Origin: an uncultured Patescibacteria group bacterium
GTDB taxonomy: Bacteria > Patescibacteriota > Minisyncoccia > Phycocordibacterales > UBA12088
Direction of reading: 5' to 3'
DNA length: 55,518 bases
Assembly (NCBI GenBank): GCA_947259245.1
Contig: CAMYLP010000007.1
Span: 1 to 55,518, forward strand
This document shows, in pieces, positions 45,638 to 54,715 of the stretch (position 1 is the first letter of the stretch; every line of letters starts with the position of its first letter). The notes under the pieces were generated by a model that was not told the DNA's origin, did not search any database, and saw only the letters and a program-made list of their open reading frames with translations. The position numbers and the translations under genes were made by a program.

Positions 45638-47899
45638 ATGTATCTCAAATCGCTTGAACTGATCGGTTTTAAGTCGTTCGGAAAAAAAAGTGAGCTGGAG
45701 TTCTCGACGCCAATTACGGCAATTGTAGGTCCGAATGGTTCCGGGAAGAGTAATGCCGCAGAAGCGTTCCGCTTTGTTCTTGGAGAACAGTCAATGAAGA
45801 GCTTGCGCGGAAAGCGCGGTGAAGATCTCATATGGGGTGGCACCAGCGAGGTGCCGCGTAGCAACCGTGCGTCTGTGAAGGCAGCGTTCGACAACAGTAA
45901 ACGCCTGCTGGATATTGATTTTGACGAGGTGGTCATAGAGAGAGTTGTCTACAGAGATGGGGCGAACGAGTACTTCATAAATAGTTCAAAAGTCCGTCTC
46001 AAGGACGTAGTGGAACTGCTCGCAGGGGCAAATATCGGCTCAAGCGGTCATCACATTATCAGCCAGGGTGAGGCAGACAGAGTGCTCGCAGCAAGTCCGA
46101 AGGAGCGAAAACATATGATAGAGGATGCACTTGGATTACGAATATATCAATACAAGAAAGAAGAAAGTCTACGCAAGCTTGAGAAGACGGAGGAGAACAA
46201 GGCGCAGGTTGAAGCCCTTCGTAAAGAAAATGCCCCACACCTCGCTTTTCTTGAACGGCAAGTGAAAAAGATGGAGAAAGCCCGTGCAATGAGAGAAACG
46301 CTCGTAGGTACCTACCACGAGTATCTAAAACGGGAAGAAAACTACCTCACGTACGAACGTGAGTCGCTCTCAGGTCTTCGTGCTGAGCCCACCACACAGC
46401 TCGAACGCATCACCGGACGCATCAACACCCTTCGACATCAACTTGAAAAGGTAAAAAAGGGAGATGCGGAACGGGAGCACCTGCTCGACCTCGAGCGACA
46501 GCTCGTGGACCTGCGACACAAGCTTGGGGAGCATACACGTATCGTTGGTCGCATCGAGGGACAACTCGCATTTGAAGAACAGCGACTTGCGAACGAGCGT
46601 GAGAAGGCGGAAGGACAGGAGGGAGCGCCGGTTCCGTATAAAGAGGCACGCAAATTCTGGGAGGAACTTACTCGTATACTGGATCATGCACATAGGGAGG
46701 GCGAGGTGAAGCCTCTCCGTGATGCCGTGAAGGCAGCACAAACGTTGGTCAGAAAGTTTGTGGTACGACACAAAGCAGGTGGAAAGGGGTACGAACTGGA
46801 CACGGACACGCTCGATCGACTACGCTTGGAAAAGACACAAACAGAGTCTGAGATTGCTAGTGTTACGGCGCGTATCGCAGAGCATGAGGAGGACATGCAT
46901 ACGTTGAGCAACGAGCTCGAGCTGCGGAAGGACGAGAACAGAGAGCAAGAGCGCGAGCTGTTCACGCTTATTGCCGAAGAGAGCGCACTTCGCAACACGC
47001 TAGGCCAGCTGGATGCCCGCGCCACATCACTTGCGCGAGAGGAGGAGGACTTCAAACGTGAGATAGGTGAGGGAATTGCTCTCATTGGACGTGATGTGGC
47101 AGCTTACAAAGCGTATGATCTTACCGAAGCAGGGGTGGTTGACTTTGACGTTGAGGAGGACCGTAGCGAACAGTTGAAACGACGTCGTGAACTTGAAAAG
47201 ATGAAAATACGGCTGGAAGAGATGGGTGGTGGCAATGCTGATGATATCACGAAAGAGTACGGAGAAGTAAAGGAACGGGATGAGTTCCTTGAACACGAAC
47301 TACGTGACCTTGAGTCGTCGGAACAAAAGTTGCATGAATTGCTAACGGAGCTCGACCGTGAGCTCAATGAGAAGTTCGAGGCGGGTGTCGCAGCTATTGG
47401 GGAACAGTTCAATGAGTTTTTCACACTGATGTTCGGTGGTGGCTCAGCAAAGCTCACGGTGGTGCAGCAAAGGAAAAGAGGTAAGATCGCCACCGCGTTA
47501 TTTGGTGATGATGTACCTGCGGAAGAGGAGGACATAGAGCAGGAGAGTGGCGTTGATGTTGAAGTGTCGCTACCTAGAAAACGAGTGCAGAGTCTCATGG
47601 TACTCTCGGGTGGCGAACGGGCGCTTACGAGCATTGCACTTATCTTCGCGATGAGTCAGGTGAATCCGCCCCCGTTCTTGATACTTGATGAAACAGACGC
47701 GGCGCTTGATGAGGCCAACTCACGGCGGTACGGGGACATGATAGAAAACCTGGCAAAGAAAAGTCAGCTCATCCTCATTACACACAATCGGGAAACAATG
47801 AGTCGTGCGGGCGTACTGTACGGCGTGACCATGGGAGTGGATGGTGTCTCACGAATACTATCTGTAAAATTTGACGAAGCGGCTGCGGTCGCAAAATAA
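45638..47899 (+). CDS. smc: SMC-family ATPase, unusually short (753 aa)
   Basis: The N-terminal head is LKSLELIGFKSFGKK..AIVGPNGSGKSN. The C-terminal head is LSGGERALTSIALIFAM..PFLILDETDAALD. Heptad-like charged sequence lies between them. The start is set by the promoter geometry. Confidence 0.85.
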   Translation: MYLKSLELIGFKSFGKKSELEFSTPITAIVGPNGSGKSNAAEAFRFVLGEQSMKSLRGKRGEDLIWGGTSEVPRSNRASVKAAFDNSKRLLDIDFDEVVIERVVYRDGANEYFINSSKVRLKDVVELLAGANIGSSGHHIISQGEADRVLAASPKERKHMIEDALGLRIYQYKKEESLRKLEKTEENKAQVEALRKENAPHLAFLERQVKKMEKARAMRETLVGTYHEYLKREENYLTYERESLSGLRAEPTTQLERITGRINTLRHQLEKVKKGDAEREHLLDLERQLVDLRHKLGEHTRIVGRIEGQLAFEEQRLANEREKAEGQEGAPVPYKEARKFWEELTRILDHAHREGEVKPLRDAVKAAQTLVRKFVVRHKAGGKGYELDTDTLDRLRLEKTQTESEIASVTARIAEHEEDMHTLSNELELRKDENREQERELFTLIAEESALRNTLGQLDARATSLAREEEDFKREIGEGIALIGRDVAAYKAYDLTEAGVVDFDVEEDRSEQLKRRRELEKMKIRLEEMGGGNADDITKEYGEVKERDEFLEHELRDLESSEQKLHELLTELDRELNEKFEAGVAAIGEQFNEFFTLMFGGGSAKLTVVQQRKRGKIATALFGDDVPAEEEDIEQESGVDVEVSLPRKRVQSLMVLSGGERALTSIALIFAMSQVNPPPFLILDETDAALDEANSRRYGDMIENLAKKSQLILITHNRETMSRAGVLYGVTMGVDGVSRILSVKFDEAAAVAK

Positions 47900-48040
47900 T
47901 AGCTAGTATGGACTCGGCGGTGTGGAGCCATATATAATTTCTCTAACGTTGTTGTTTGTGGCAGTGTGTATGAGTACCTCAGACGATACACAGCGCACAG
48001 TCGTATATATTAGACAACATGAATATGACCATGCAAGGTT

Positions 48041-48069
48041 TTGATTCAAGCGCTCGGTAACGATATACT
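48041..48069 (+). promoter_or_regulatory. Promoter TTGATT-17-TATACT
   Basis: The -35 is at 48041-48046 and the -10 at 48064-48069, 39 nt upstream of the ATG at 48109. Confidence 0.55.
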
Positions 48070-48108
48070 GGGACACAGCATTTATTCGCATTCCTAACGT
48101 GCCACCAC

Positions 48109-48816
48109 ATGAAGCAACTCTATATCATAGGTATACTTGTAGCGATCTCACTGCTCATACTATTGGGACTCAACAAACTGGGTACAGCACCGGTCCCCAC
48201 AAACGAAGAGTCCACAGAGTCGGCTACTGCAGCGCTGGAGGCTGCAAGTGGTGTAACGGATCCACAAGAGTTTACTAACGAAAATATTCCTATGCCAGAA
48301 CCAGAACAAAGTGAGAACGCCACCGTGGTCATGAAGACCAACCAAGGTGACATTGTGATTGAGCTCTTCACTAAAGATGCGCCCATTACTGCTGGCAACT
48401 TCCTGCAGTTGGCACAAGCTGATTACTACGACGGCATTAAGTTTCACCGTGTCATTGACGGTTTCATGATACAGGGCGGCGACCCGCTCACGAAAGATGA
48501 CTCCATGGCAGCTCGTTGGGGTACCGGTGGTCCTGGCTACGCCATAGAGGACGAGTTCATACCTGGCCTCTCAAACGTCCGCGGTACGCTGAGCATGGCA
48601 AACAGTGGTCCCGATACAGGTGGGAGCCAGTTCTTCATCAACACTGTCGACAACACGAACCTTGATTACGATAAGCAGCCGCTATCAAGCAAACATCCGG
48701 TGTTCGGTCGCGTCGTGCAGGGCATGGACGTGATAGATAGTATATCCAAGGTACAGACAGGACCAGGCGATGTACCCATTGAACCTGTGGTAATTGAGGA
48801 TATCCTGATGCAGTAG
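48109..48816 (+). CDS. Membrane-anchored cyclophilin-type peptidyl-prolyl cis-trans isomerase
   Basis: The N-terminal TM is LYIIGILVAISLLILLGL. Cyclophilin motifs: FHRVIDGFMIQGGDP, GTLSMANSGPDTGGSQFFIN, HPVFGRVVQGMDV. Confidence 0.9.
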   Translation: MKQLYIIGILVAISLLILLGLNKLGTAPVPTNEESTESATAALEAASGVTDPQEFTNENIPMPEPEQSENATVVMKTNQGDIVIELFTKDAPITAGNFLQLAQADYYDGIKFHRVIDGFMIQGGDPLTKDDSMAARWGTGGPGYAIEDEFIPGLSNVRGTLSMANSGPDTGGSQFFINTVDNTNLDYDKQPLSSKHPVFGRVVQGMDVIDSISKVQTGPGDVPIEPVVIEDILMQ

Positions 48817-48820
48817 GTGT

Positions 48821-49135
48821 ATGGCACTGTTCGGTGGACATAGACAGAAAGGCATCACAGAGCACGAGCTTACGGCGCACCACAACCGTTTGCTCAACCG
48901 TTTGCACGGCTCGTTCCACGGCTCACGTGCGACAAGAAAGCGCAAGCAGCAGATTCTCGATGTTGCTCTTTCCATGAGCAGTGACAAAGACTACGGTGCA
49001 GCTCGTAATCAGAAGGGTGTCATCACTCCGGATGAGTTCGATACAATAGTTGATTCGTACACGAAGGAGGGTGTTTTTCGTGAGAGCGAGGCAAAGGAAC
49101 TGCGCGACGCAGCACGTGACGCGTTGGACGATTAG
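48821..49135 (+). CDS. Hypothetical small protein (104 aa)
   Basis: The ORF starts 4 nt after the PPIase stop. It is basic and helical, with no recognised motif. Confidence 0.45.
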   Translation: MALFGGHRQKGITEHELTAHHNRLLNRLHGSFHGSRATRKRKQQILDVALSMSSDKDYGAARNQKGVITPDEFDTIVDSYTKEGVFRESEAKELRDAARDALDD

Positions 49136-51117
49136 CCGATCTTATCTTTCAACTCCCAGTCGATCTGTTTACGCTCGATATCGACACCCGTTAGTTTCAC
49201 TTGCACCGTGTCGCCCAAAGAGAGTGTCTTGCCGGTGCGGCTGCCTATCAAACGGTAGCCGTGCGCACCGAGCTCATAAAAATCGTCCTTCATGGTACTG
49301 ACGCGTACAAGACCCTCTGCGAGAGTTTCCGTTTCTTCCACAAAGAGGCCGTAGTCACTAATACCACTCACGACACCTTTGAATACTTCGCCGATGTGTC
49401 CTGCCATGTATTCAACCTGCTTCAGTTTTATCGAGTCGCGCTCAGCTTCTGCTGCCGCTATCTCTCTCTCAGAACTTTGTGTGCACATGCGATCGTACCA
49501 GGGAAAATCCTTACCGGTGGGAGGTGTACCACCCGCCCACGCCTTCACGATTCGGTGGACCATAAGGTCAGGATAGCGCCGAATGGGCGAGGTGAAGTGG
49601 GTGTAGTGTGTAAATGCTAGCCCGAAATGACCAATATTCTTCGTGCTGTATATTGCTTTTGCCATCGTACGTATGGCTGCCGTTTCTATCATGTCTGCTT
49701 CGGTCGTGCCCCCTATTTCATCAAACAGTCTGTTCAGCGCTTTTGCGGTCACAATCCCATCTTTATGTGGGAGCTCATACCCCAGTACTTTGAGGAACAA
49801 CGCTAACTCTTCAACGCGCTCAACCTTCGGTGTGTCATGGATGCGCCAAACAAATACACACTTACCTTTTCGCTGCTCACACTGCTGCGCGACCCAAGTG
49901 GCCACCTCTCTATTTGCGAGCAGCATCAGGTCCTCGATCATCATCATCGTCTCCAGACGCTCCTTACGGAACGCGCGTATCGGTCTCCCTTTCTCGTCAA
50001 GCTCAAACTTTATCTCGTCGGTCTCGAAGCCAATAGAGCCGTTTTTGAAACGTTCTTTACGAAGGACACGCGATATACTGTCTGCAATAGAAAGCTCAGT
50101 GAAGAGGTCGCCCTCACCTTTATCAAGGATGTCCTGCGCCTCCTGATAGCTGAAGCGTCTTGTACTTTTGATAACAGTCTCACCGAACCACCGTTCGTGT
50201 ACGGTACCGTCCGGTGACATGACGAAGACAGCGCTCATGGCGAGACGCTCTTCATTGGGTACGAGTGAGCAGAGGTCGTTAGAGAGTGCTTCAGGAAGCA
50301 TGGGGATGGTGCGGTCCACGAGGTATATTGAGGTGCCGCGTTCACCAGCTTCCTTATCAAGCGGCGTGTCCGGTCGCACGTAGGCGGAGACGTCTGCAAT
50401 ATGTACACCTAGTTCGACTGATCCGTCATCGAGTGTACGTACTGAAATTGCATCATCAAAGTCCTTGGCGTCAGCGGGGTCGATCGTAAAAGTAGTGACG
50501 TCACGAAAGTCACGACGCCTTGGTATCTCAGTAGCGAACATTTCATCCTTGTCTACGCGGAGCTGCTCCGCTTCATGCTCGACGTCGGTGGGGAAGTGCC
50601 AATCAAAACCCTGACCGGCGACAATACTGCGCATTTCAGTCTCATGTTCGCCTGCAGGACCAAGTACACTTACGATACGGACAAGCGGATTCTTCTTTGC
50701 TGTACTCCATCGCACCAGTTCAACGGCTACCTTCTGACCCAAAGGGGCCCCACTTGTATCACCTCGCTCGACTATGAAGTCTGTATATATGCGGTGATCA
50801 TCCGGACGCACAAAGTGGTATCCATCCTCTTCTTCAAGCGTACCGACAAAACGCGTCTTGGCTCGTTCGATCACTTCCACCACCTCACCCCGTATGCGTC
50901 CGTTGCGTCTCTTCGGGTGTGGCGCGACGCGGACAGTATCTCTGTGTAGAGCAGTGTTTAAGAGTTCGGGCGGCACTTCGATATCCTCTTCGAACTCGGG
51001 CACATCTACGTAACCGAAACCGCGCGATGTAAGACGTATCATGCCTGAGAGCTCCTCCTTGGCTATCTGACCACGCGTGTGTTTACGGGACGCGTGTTTA
51101 CGGCTTCTTTTATTCAT
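49132..51117 (-). CDS. rnr: Ribonuclease R (RNB catalytic domain + C-terminal S1 domain)
   Basis: IDPADAKDFDDAISV, HFGLAFTHYTHFTSPIRRYPDLMVHR, and a C-terminal S1-like GEVFKGVVSGISDYGLFVE. Confidence 0.92.
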   Translation of the reverse strand: MNKRSRKHASRKHTRGQIAKEELSGMIRLTSRGFGYVDVPEFEEDIEVPPELLNTALHRDTVRVAPHPKRRNGRIRGEVVEVIERAKTRFVGTLEEEDGYHFVRPDDHRIYTDFIVERGDTSGAPLGQKVAVELVRWSTAKKNPLVRIVSVLGPAGEHETEMRSIVAGQGFDWHFPTDVEHEAEQLRVDKDEMFATEIPRRRDFRDVTTFTIDPADAKDFDDAISVRTLDDGSVELGVHIADVSAYVRPDTPLDKEAGERGTSIYLVDRTIPMLPEALSNDLCSLVPNEERLAMSAVFVMSPDGTVHERWFGETVIKSTRRFSYQEAQDILDKGEGDLFTELSIADSISRVLRKERFKNGSIGFETDEIKFELDEKGRPIRAFRKERLETMMMIEDLMLLANREVATWVAQQCEQRKGKCVFVWRIHDTPKVERVEELALFLKVLGYELPHKDGIVTAKALNRLFDEIGGTTEADMIETAAIRTMAKAIYSTKNIGHFGLAFTHYTHFTSPIRRYPDLMVHRIVKAWAGGTPPTGKDFPWYDRMCTQSSEREIAAAEAERDSIKLKQVEYMAGHIGEVFKGVVSGISDYGLFVEETETLAEGLVRVSTMKDDFYELGAHGYRLIGSRTGKTLSLGDTVQVKLTGVDIERKQIDWELKDKIG

Positions 51118-51124
51118 GTACTCG

Positions 51125-51130
51125 AGTATA
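51125..51130 (-). promoter_or_regulatory. -10 box TATACT, 7 nt upstream of ATG 51117 (rnr)
   Basis: Reverse complement of 51125-51130. Confidence 0.45.
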
Positions 51131-51194
51131 GCAGTCGTGCGTCATATTACCACCAGTACACCTAGTATTGTACAAAACAATATTGGCATTACTG

Positions 51195-51223
51195 TTGTCA
51201 ACAGAACTATTCTTCTGCATACT
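51195..51223 (+). promoter_or_regulatory. Promoter candidate TTGTCA-17-CATACT
   Basis: The -35 is at 51195-51200 and the -10 at 51218-51223. A GAGAGGA Shine-Dalgarno-like tract precedes the ATG at 51257. Confidence 0.4.
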
Positions 51224-51256
51224 CCTGCCGACGTTCATTATTGAGAGGATTGACCA

Positions 51257-51604
51257 ATGAATGAAGAGAAAGAGGGAAGTGTTGCATTAGTGCAACACCC
51301 TGTTGTACGAGTCGCCCATTACGTAACAACTCTTGAAGAGCATAAGGGTGATGAGTATCTCGTAACAACAATGTGCACTCCACACCTATGGCATGTGCAG
51401 ATGAAAATGTGTAACCAGATTGCAGGTAAGATATTTGGGAAACGGTTGGTCGCTGTTCAAGATATGCGCATGCGAGGAACCAGCATAGAAAATCCAGGTC
51501 CGATCGTGCTTAGAGTATGCGAGCGCCCCAGTCGAAGTAAACGGAAAAAATTTGCCCAGCGGCTTGAGTCGCACATCGCATTTAGAAGGCTGATGGCATC
51601 ATGA
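51257..51604 (+). CDS. Hypothetical small protein (115 aa)
   Basis: The ORF has a promoter, a Shine-Dalgarno-like tract and a downstream terminator. No family was recognised. Confidence 0.45.
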   Translation: MNEEKEGSVALVQHPVVRVAHYVTTLEEHKGDEYLVTTMCTPHLWHVQMKMCNQIAGKIFGKRLVAVQDMRMRGTSIENPGPIVLRVCERPSRSKRKKFAQRLESHIAFRRLMAS

Positions 51605-51638
51605 AGGAGCTAGAAGCACATAGAGCGGTATCTTCTAC

Positions 51639-51667
51639 AAAAAAAGCCGGCAGTGCCGGCTTTTTTC
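51639..51667. terminator. Bidirectional rho-independent terminator
   Basis: An A-run, then GCCGGC-agt-GCCGGC, then a T-run (AAAAAAAGCCGGCAGTGCCGGCTTTTTT), between convergent genes. Confidence 0.75.
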
Positions 51668-51694
51668 TTTGAGTACTTACTATTGGGGAATCGG

Positions 51695-52285
51695 TTAGAT
51701 CTTACCAACAAGTTCGAGGTCTGGCTTGAGTGTATCTTTACCAGGCTCCCACGATGCGGGACACACTTGGCCGCCGTGCTCAGCAACGAACTTTGCTGCT
51801 TGAAACTTGCGGTAGAGCTCTGTTGCCGACCGTCCTACGCCATCAGCATGCACCTCCATGGCCTGAATGACCCCGTCGGGATCTATGATGAATGAACCAC
51901 GTAGGTCGACCCCCTCCTCCTCGATGTAAACACCGAATGCACGTGAAAGTGATCCGGTAGGGTCAGCCAGCATCGGAAATTCAATTTTCTTTATTGCCTC
52001 AGAATCATTGTGCCAGGCCTTGTGTACCCAGTGTGTGTCGGTTGAGATGGACATGACCTCAGCATCCTCCTTCACAAAATCTTTGTAGAGCTTGGCCATC
52101 TCCTCTAACTCAGTGGGACACACGAACGTGAAATCTGCAGGGTAGAAGAAGAGAATTAACCACTTACCGCGTGCGTCCTTCAGTGAAATATCCTGGATCT
52201 TATCCTTATGATATGCCTTGAGCGTGTAGTTGGGTATCTCCTCACCAACTTTCACGGCGCAGGTATACTGTGTATCGTCTGCCAT
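51695..52285 (-). CDS. Peroxiredoxin, typical 2-Cys (AhpC/Prx1 type)
   Basis: FFYPADFTFVCPTE carries the peroxidatic Cys and VCPASW the resolving Cys. Confidence 0.92.
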   Translation of the reverse strand: MADDTQYTCAVKVGEEIPNYTLKAYHKDKIQDISLKDARGKWLILFFYPADFTFVCPTELEEMAKLYKDFVKEDAEVMSISTDTHWVHKAWHNDSEAIKKIEFPMLADPTGSLSRAFGVYIEEEGVDLRGSFIIDPDGVIQAMEVHADGVGRSATELYRKFQAAKFVAEHGGQVCPASWEPGKDTLKPDLELVGKI

Positions 52286-52347
52286 AAGCGCTTATGTTAG
52301 TTACTCATCACTGGCGCAGTATACCATACGTGAGTGCATCCCTACAG

Positions 52348-52953
52348 CTACTCCTCTATGAGCGGAACAAATGCGAAACCCTCGAACTTCTGTATGAGTG
52401 GTTGATGCTCGACACGTTCTATCCGCCAAATCGCTTCACGCACCGGTACCACCAGTACACCCCCCTCTCGCACCTGGCTCACAAGCTCATGCGGGAAAGC
52501 GTGTGCTGCTGCTGAGACGAGGATACGGTCGAACGGGGCTTCACTCGGCCGTCCGAGTTCGGTACCGGCGCGTTCGATTCGCGCCTGTGAAAACTGAAAG
52601 GGGGCGATGTTGCTCTGGCCATATGCCACGAGTTCCTCTACCCGCTCAAGACCCAAGACACTGCCATGTTCGCCGACAATGTACGCCAGCAGTGCTGTGG
52701 TCCAACCTGAGCCCGCACCAATGTCGAGTACGCTCTCCGCCTGTTGCGGTTGGAGCAACTCAAGCATAAATGCGACCGTAGTCGGTTGGGAAATTGTTTG
52801 TTGATAGCCGATACGGAGCGGATAATCTGCGTGTGCATGAGCTTTTTCCTCATCAGGCACGAATTTGGCACGATCGACAGCACGAAATGCGTCGATTATA
52901 TGCGGGGTGCGCAGAGTACCCTCATCCACAAGCATGTCTACCAACTCGTCCAT
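52348..52953 (-). CDS. pcm: Protein-L-isoaspartate O-methyltransferase
   Basis: QTISQPTTVAFMLELL, VLDIGAGSGWTTALLA, RILVSAAA. Confidence 0.9.
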   Translation of the reverse strand: MDELVDMLVDEGTLRTPHIIDAFRAVDRAKFVPDEEKAHAHADYPLRIGYQQTISQPTTVAFMLELLQPQQAESVLDIGAGSGWTTALLAYIVGEHGSVLGLERVEELVAYGQSNIAPFQFSQARIERAGTELGRPSEAPFDRILVSAAAHAFPHELVSQVREGGVLVVPVREAIWRIERVEHQPLIQKFEGFAFVPLIEE

Positions 52954-52959
52954 ACGTCC

Positions 52960-52987
52960 AGTATAGATAAGAACGACAGAATGTGAA
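52960..52987 (-). promoter_or_regulatory. Promoter TTCACA-16-TATACT ending 6 nt before the ATG (leaderless type)
   Basis: On the minus strand, TTCACA is at 52987-52982 and TATACT at 52965-52960. The ATG is at 52953. Confidence 0.55.
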
Positions 52988-53019
52988 AGGTGTCTCTATG
53001 CATGGGCGACGTACATTGG

Positions 53020-53025
53020 TACACT
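53020..53025 (+). promoter_or_regulatory. -10 box TACACT, 7 nt upstream of ATG 53033
   Basis: Read directly from the sequence. Confidence 0.4.
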
Positions 53026-53032
53026 ATAGGTC

Positions 53033-53800
53033 ATGAAAAAGTCCCTAACATCACTCGTATTTCTTGCCGTTATGGGGACATTTGTTGTTTCGCACACACC
53101 CACGTACGCAGCGTACCCAACCATTAACGCGGTCAGCGTTCTAGCCCACACAAACGCGCAGCGATACCGTAACGGCATGACACTCTTGGACAGTGATGGT
53201 GAGCTGTCGCACGCGGCTGCTATGAAGATGCAGGACTTATTTGCACATCAGTACTTTGCTCACGTATCACCTTCCGGAGAATCTATATCAGACCTCGCAC
53301 GTCGTGTCGGATACACGTACCTTGCAGTAGGTGAAAATTTGGCACTTGGTGATTTCGCATCGAGCAAGGAGGTTGTCGAGGCATGGATGAAAAGTCCAGG
53401 TCACCGTAAGAACATTCTCTCACGTACATACAGTGAAATTGGCATCGCAGCTGGCCGAGGACGGTATGATGGAAGGAACACGTGGATAGTGGTACAGGCG
53501 TTTGGATTGCCCAAGAGCACCTGCCCAGACCTCAATGAGAACCTTGGTCAAAAGATCGATGTGCTTGAGAACAGACTGGAACTACTCGAGATTATTACGG
53601 GAATACGTCAGGGAAGGGTCGAGGAAGAGGGCATTTCGCAAGCCATCTATAGAGACCGGGTCTCCTCGTACAATACAGCCGCTGAACTATACAACAGCAC
53701 GGCAGAGACGTATCGCGCGCTAATCGAACGATACAATGAAGGCGTCGAAAGCTACAATGACTGTGTAACAACGCGTGTGGCAGAGATGTCCGACTCGTAA
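53033..53800 (+). CDS. Secreted CAP/SCP (YkwD-like) domain protein with a helical C-terminal extension
   Basis: The signal peptide is SLVFLAVMGTFVVSHTPTYA. CAP motifs: NAQR, YFAHVSPSG, GENLA, AWMKSPGHRKNIL, IGIA. Confidence 0.85.
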   Translation: MKKSLTSLVFLAVMGTFVVSHTPTYAAYPTINAVSVLAHTNAQRYRNGMTLLDSDGELSHAAAMKMQDLFAHQYFAHVSPSGESISDLARRVGYTYLAVGENLALGDFASSKEVVEAWMKSPGHRKNILSRTYSEIGIAAGRGRYDGRNTWIVVQAFGLPKSTCPDLNENLGQKIDVLENRLELLEIITGIRQGRVEEEGISQAIYRDRVSSYNTAAELYNSTAETYRALIERYNEGVESYNDCVTTRVAEMSDS

Positions 53801-53867
53801 ACACCGTCGTATGTAGGATGGTTGCCTGGTCATGTGGCGCCACCACCAAACGGGGTATGGTGCGCGG

Positions 53868-54632
53868 TTACAGCGTCGTTGTGGCTTCGCGCACATCCAA
53901 CGGACTGTCCGCCGAAAACGGTGAGGAAGCGTCTGACCGCTCCCGTTCGGCGTCTGTGCCCGTGTCTGGGGACGATGGTGCACGATAATTGAGTCGCATC
54001 ACACCTGTCCAATCCATCCCGTACGTTGCACTTGCAGTGATGACACCGCCCTCGATCTTGACAGTATCGTCTGTCGTACGCAGGACCGTGGCGTCAGATC
54101 GTGTTTCGGTTTGTATAACAGGCAAGTAGACAAGTGCGTTGTTTTGGACATGCAGGGCTTGGAACGTTTCTATACCGAGTATGATAACTGTGGTTTCCTC
54201 CTCGCGTACGTTGTATGGCACGTTCAGCGAAATTGCTTCATTCTGCAACACCACGGCAGCAGCTGTCTGCTCGCTTTCCGGGTGATCACGTATCTCCGGG
54301 CTTCTCAATGTCATGTTGATGCCATTGTATGCGCCGACCGGAACACGTGTTTCAAGCAGCACCGTATGAGCTGTCGAATCGTGCGACAGGAGTATCCGTC
54401 GCACACGGATGCTCACTTGTTCATCGTCACCATTCACGGAGGTCAAGTGGACGTTGTCTACGCCGATACCAAACGTACGAGATTCATCAACACCGGGGCT
54501 TGGTACCGCTCGTGCGACCAATACAACACGACCTGACGGTTCCCACGGATTCGCAGGTCCATCACGAAGCGCGAACACCACCAAAAGGGCAATGAAGAGC
54601 GCGACCAGAGTGATGGACAATAGTCGTACCAT
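53868..54632 (-). CDS. Membrane-anchored hypothetical protein (possibly DUF4382-like)
   Basis: 254 aa with an N-terminal TM (LLSITLVALFIALLVVFAL). The ectodomain is beta-rich. The family call is tentative. Confidence 0.6.
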   Translation of the reverse strand: MVRLLSITLVALFIALLVVFALRDGPANPWEPSGRVVLVARAVPSPGVDESRTFGIGVDNVHLTSVNGDDEQVSIRVRRILLSHDSTAHTVLLETRVPVGAYNGINMTLRSPEIRDHPESEQTAAAVVLQNEAISLNVPYNVREEETTVIILGIETFQALHVQNNALVYLPVIQTETRSDATVLRTTDDTVKIEGGVITASATYGMDWTGVMRLNYRAPSSPDTGTDAERERSDASSPFSADSPLDVREATTTL

Positions 54633-54638
54633 GCTATC

Positions 54639-54644
54639 ACTATA
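54639..54644 (-). promoter_or_regulatory. -10 box TATAGT, 6 nt upstream of ATG 54632
   Basis: Reverse complement of 54639-54644. Confidence 0.45.
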
Positions 54645-54680
54645 GCACCTAAATACACACTGCGGGGTGATCCGTGAATT

Positions 54681-54709
54681 TTGCAGGTCAGGGGCGCTGG
54701 CGGTATACT
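54681..54709 (+). promoter_or_regulatory. Promoter TTGCAG-17-TATACT ending 6 nt before ATG 54716
   Basis: The -35 is at 54681-54686 and the -10 at 54704-54709. Confidence 0.5.
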
Positions 54710-54715
54710 AAAGGC

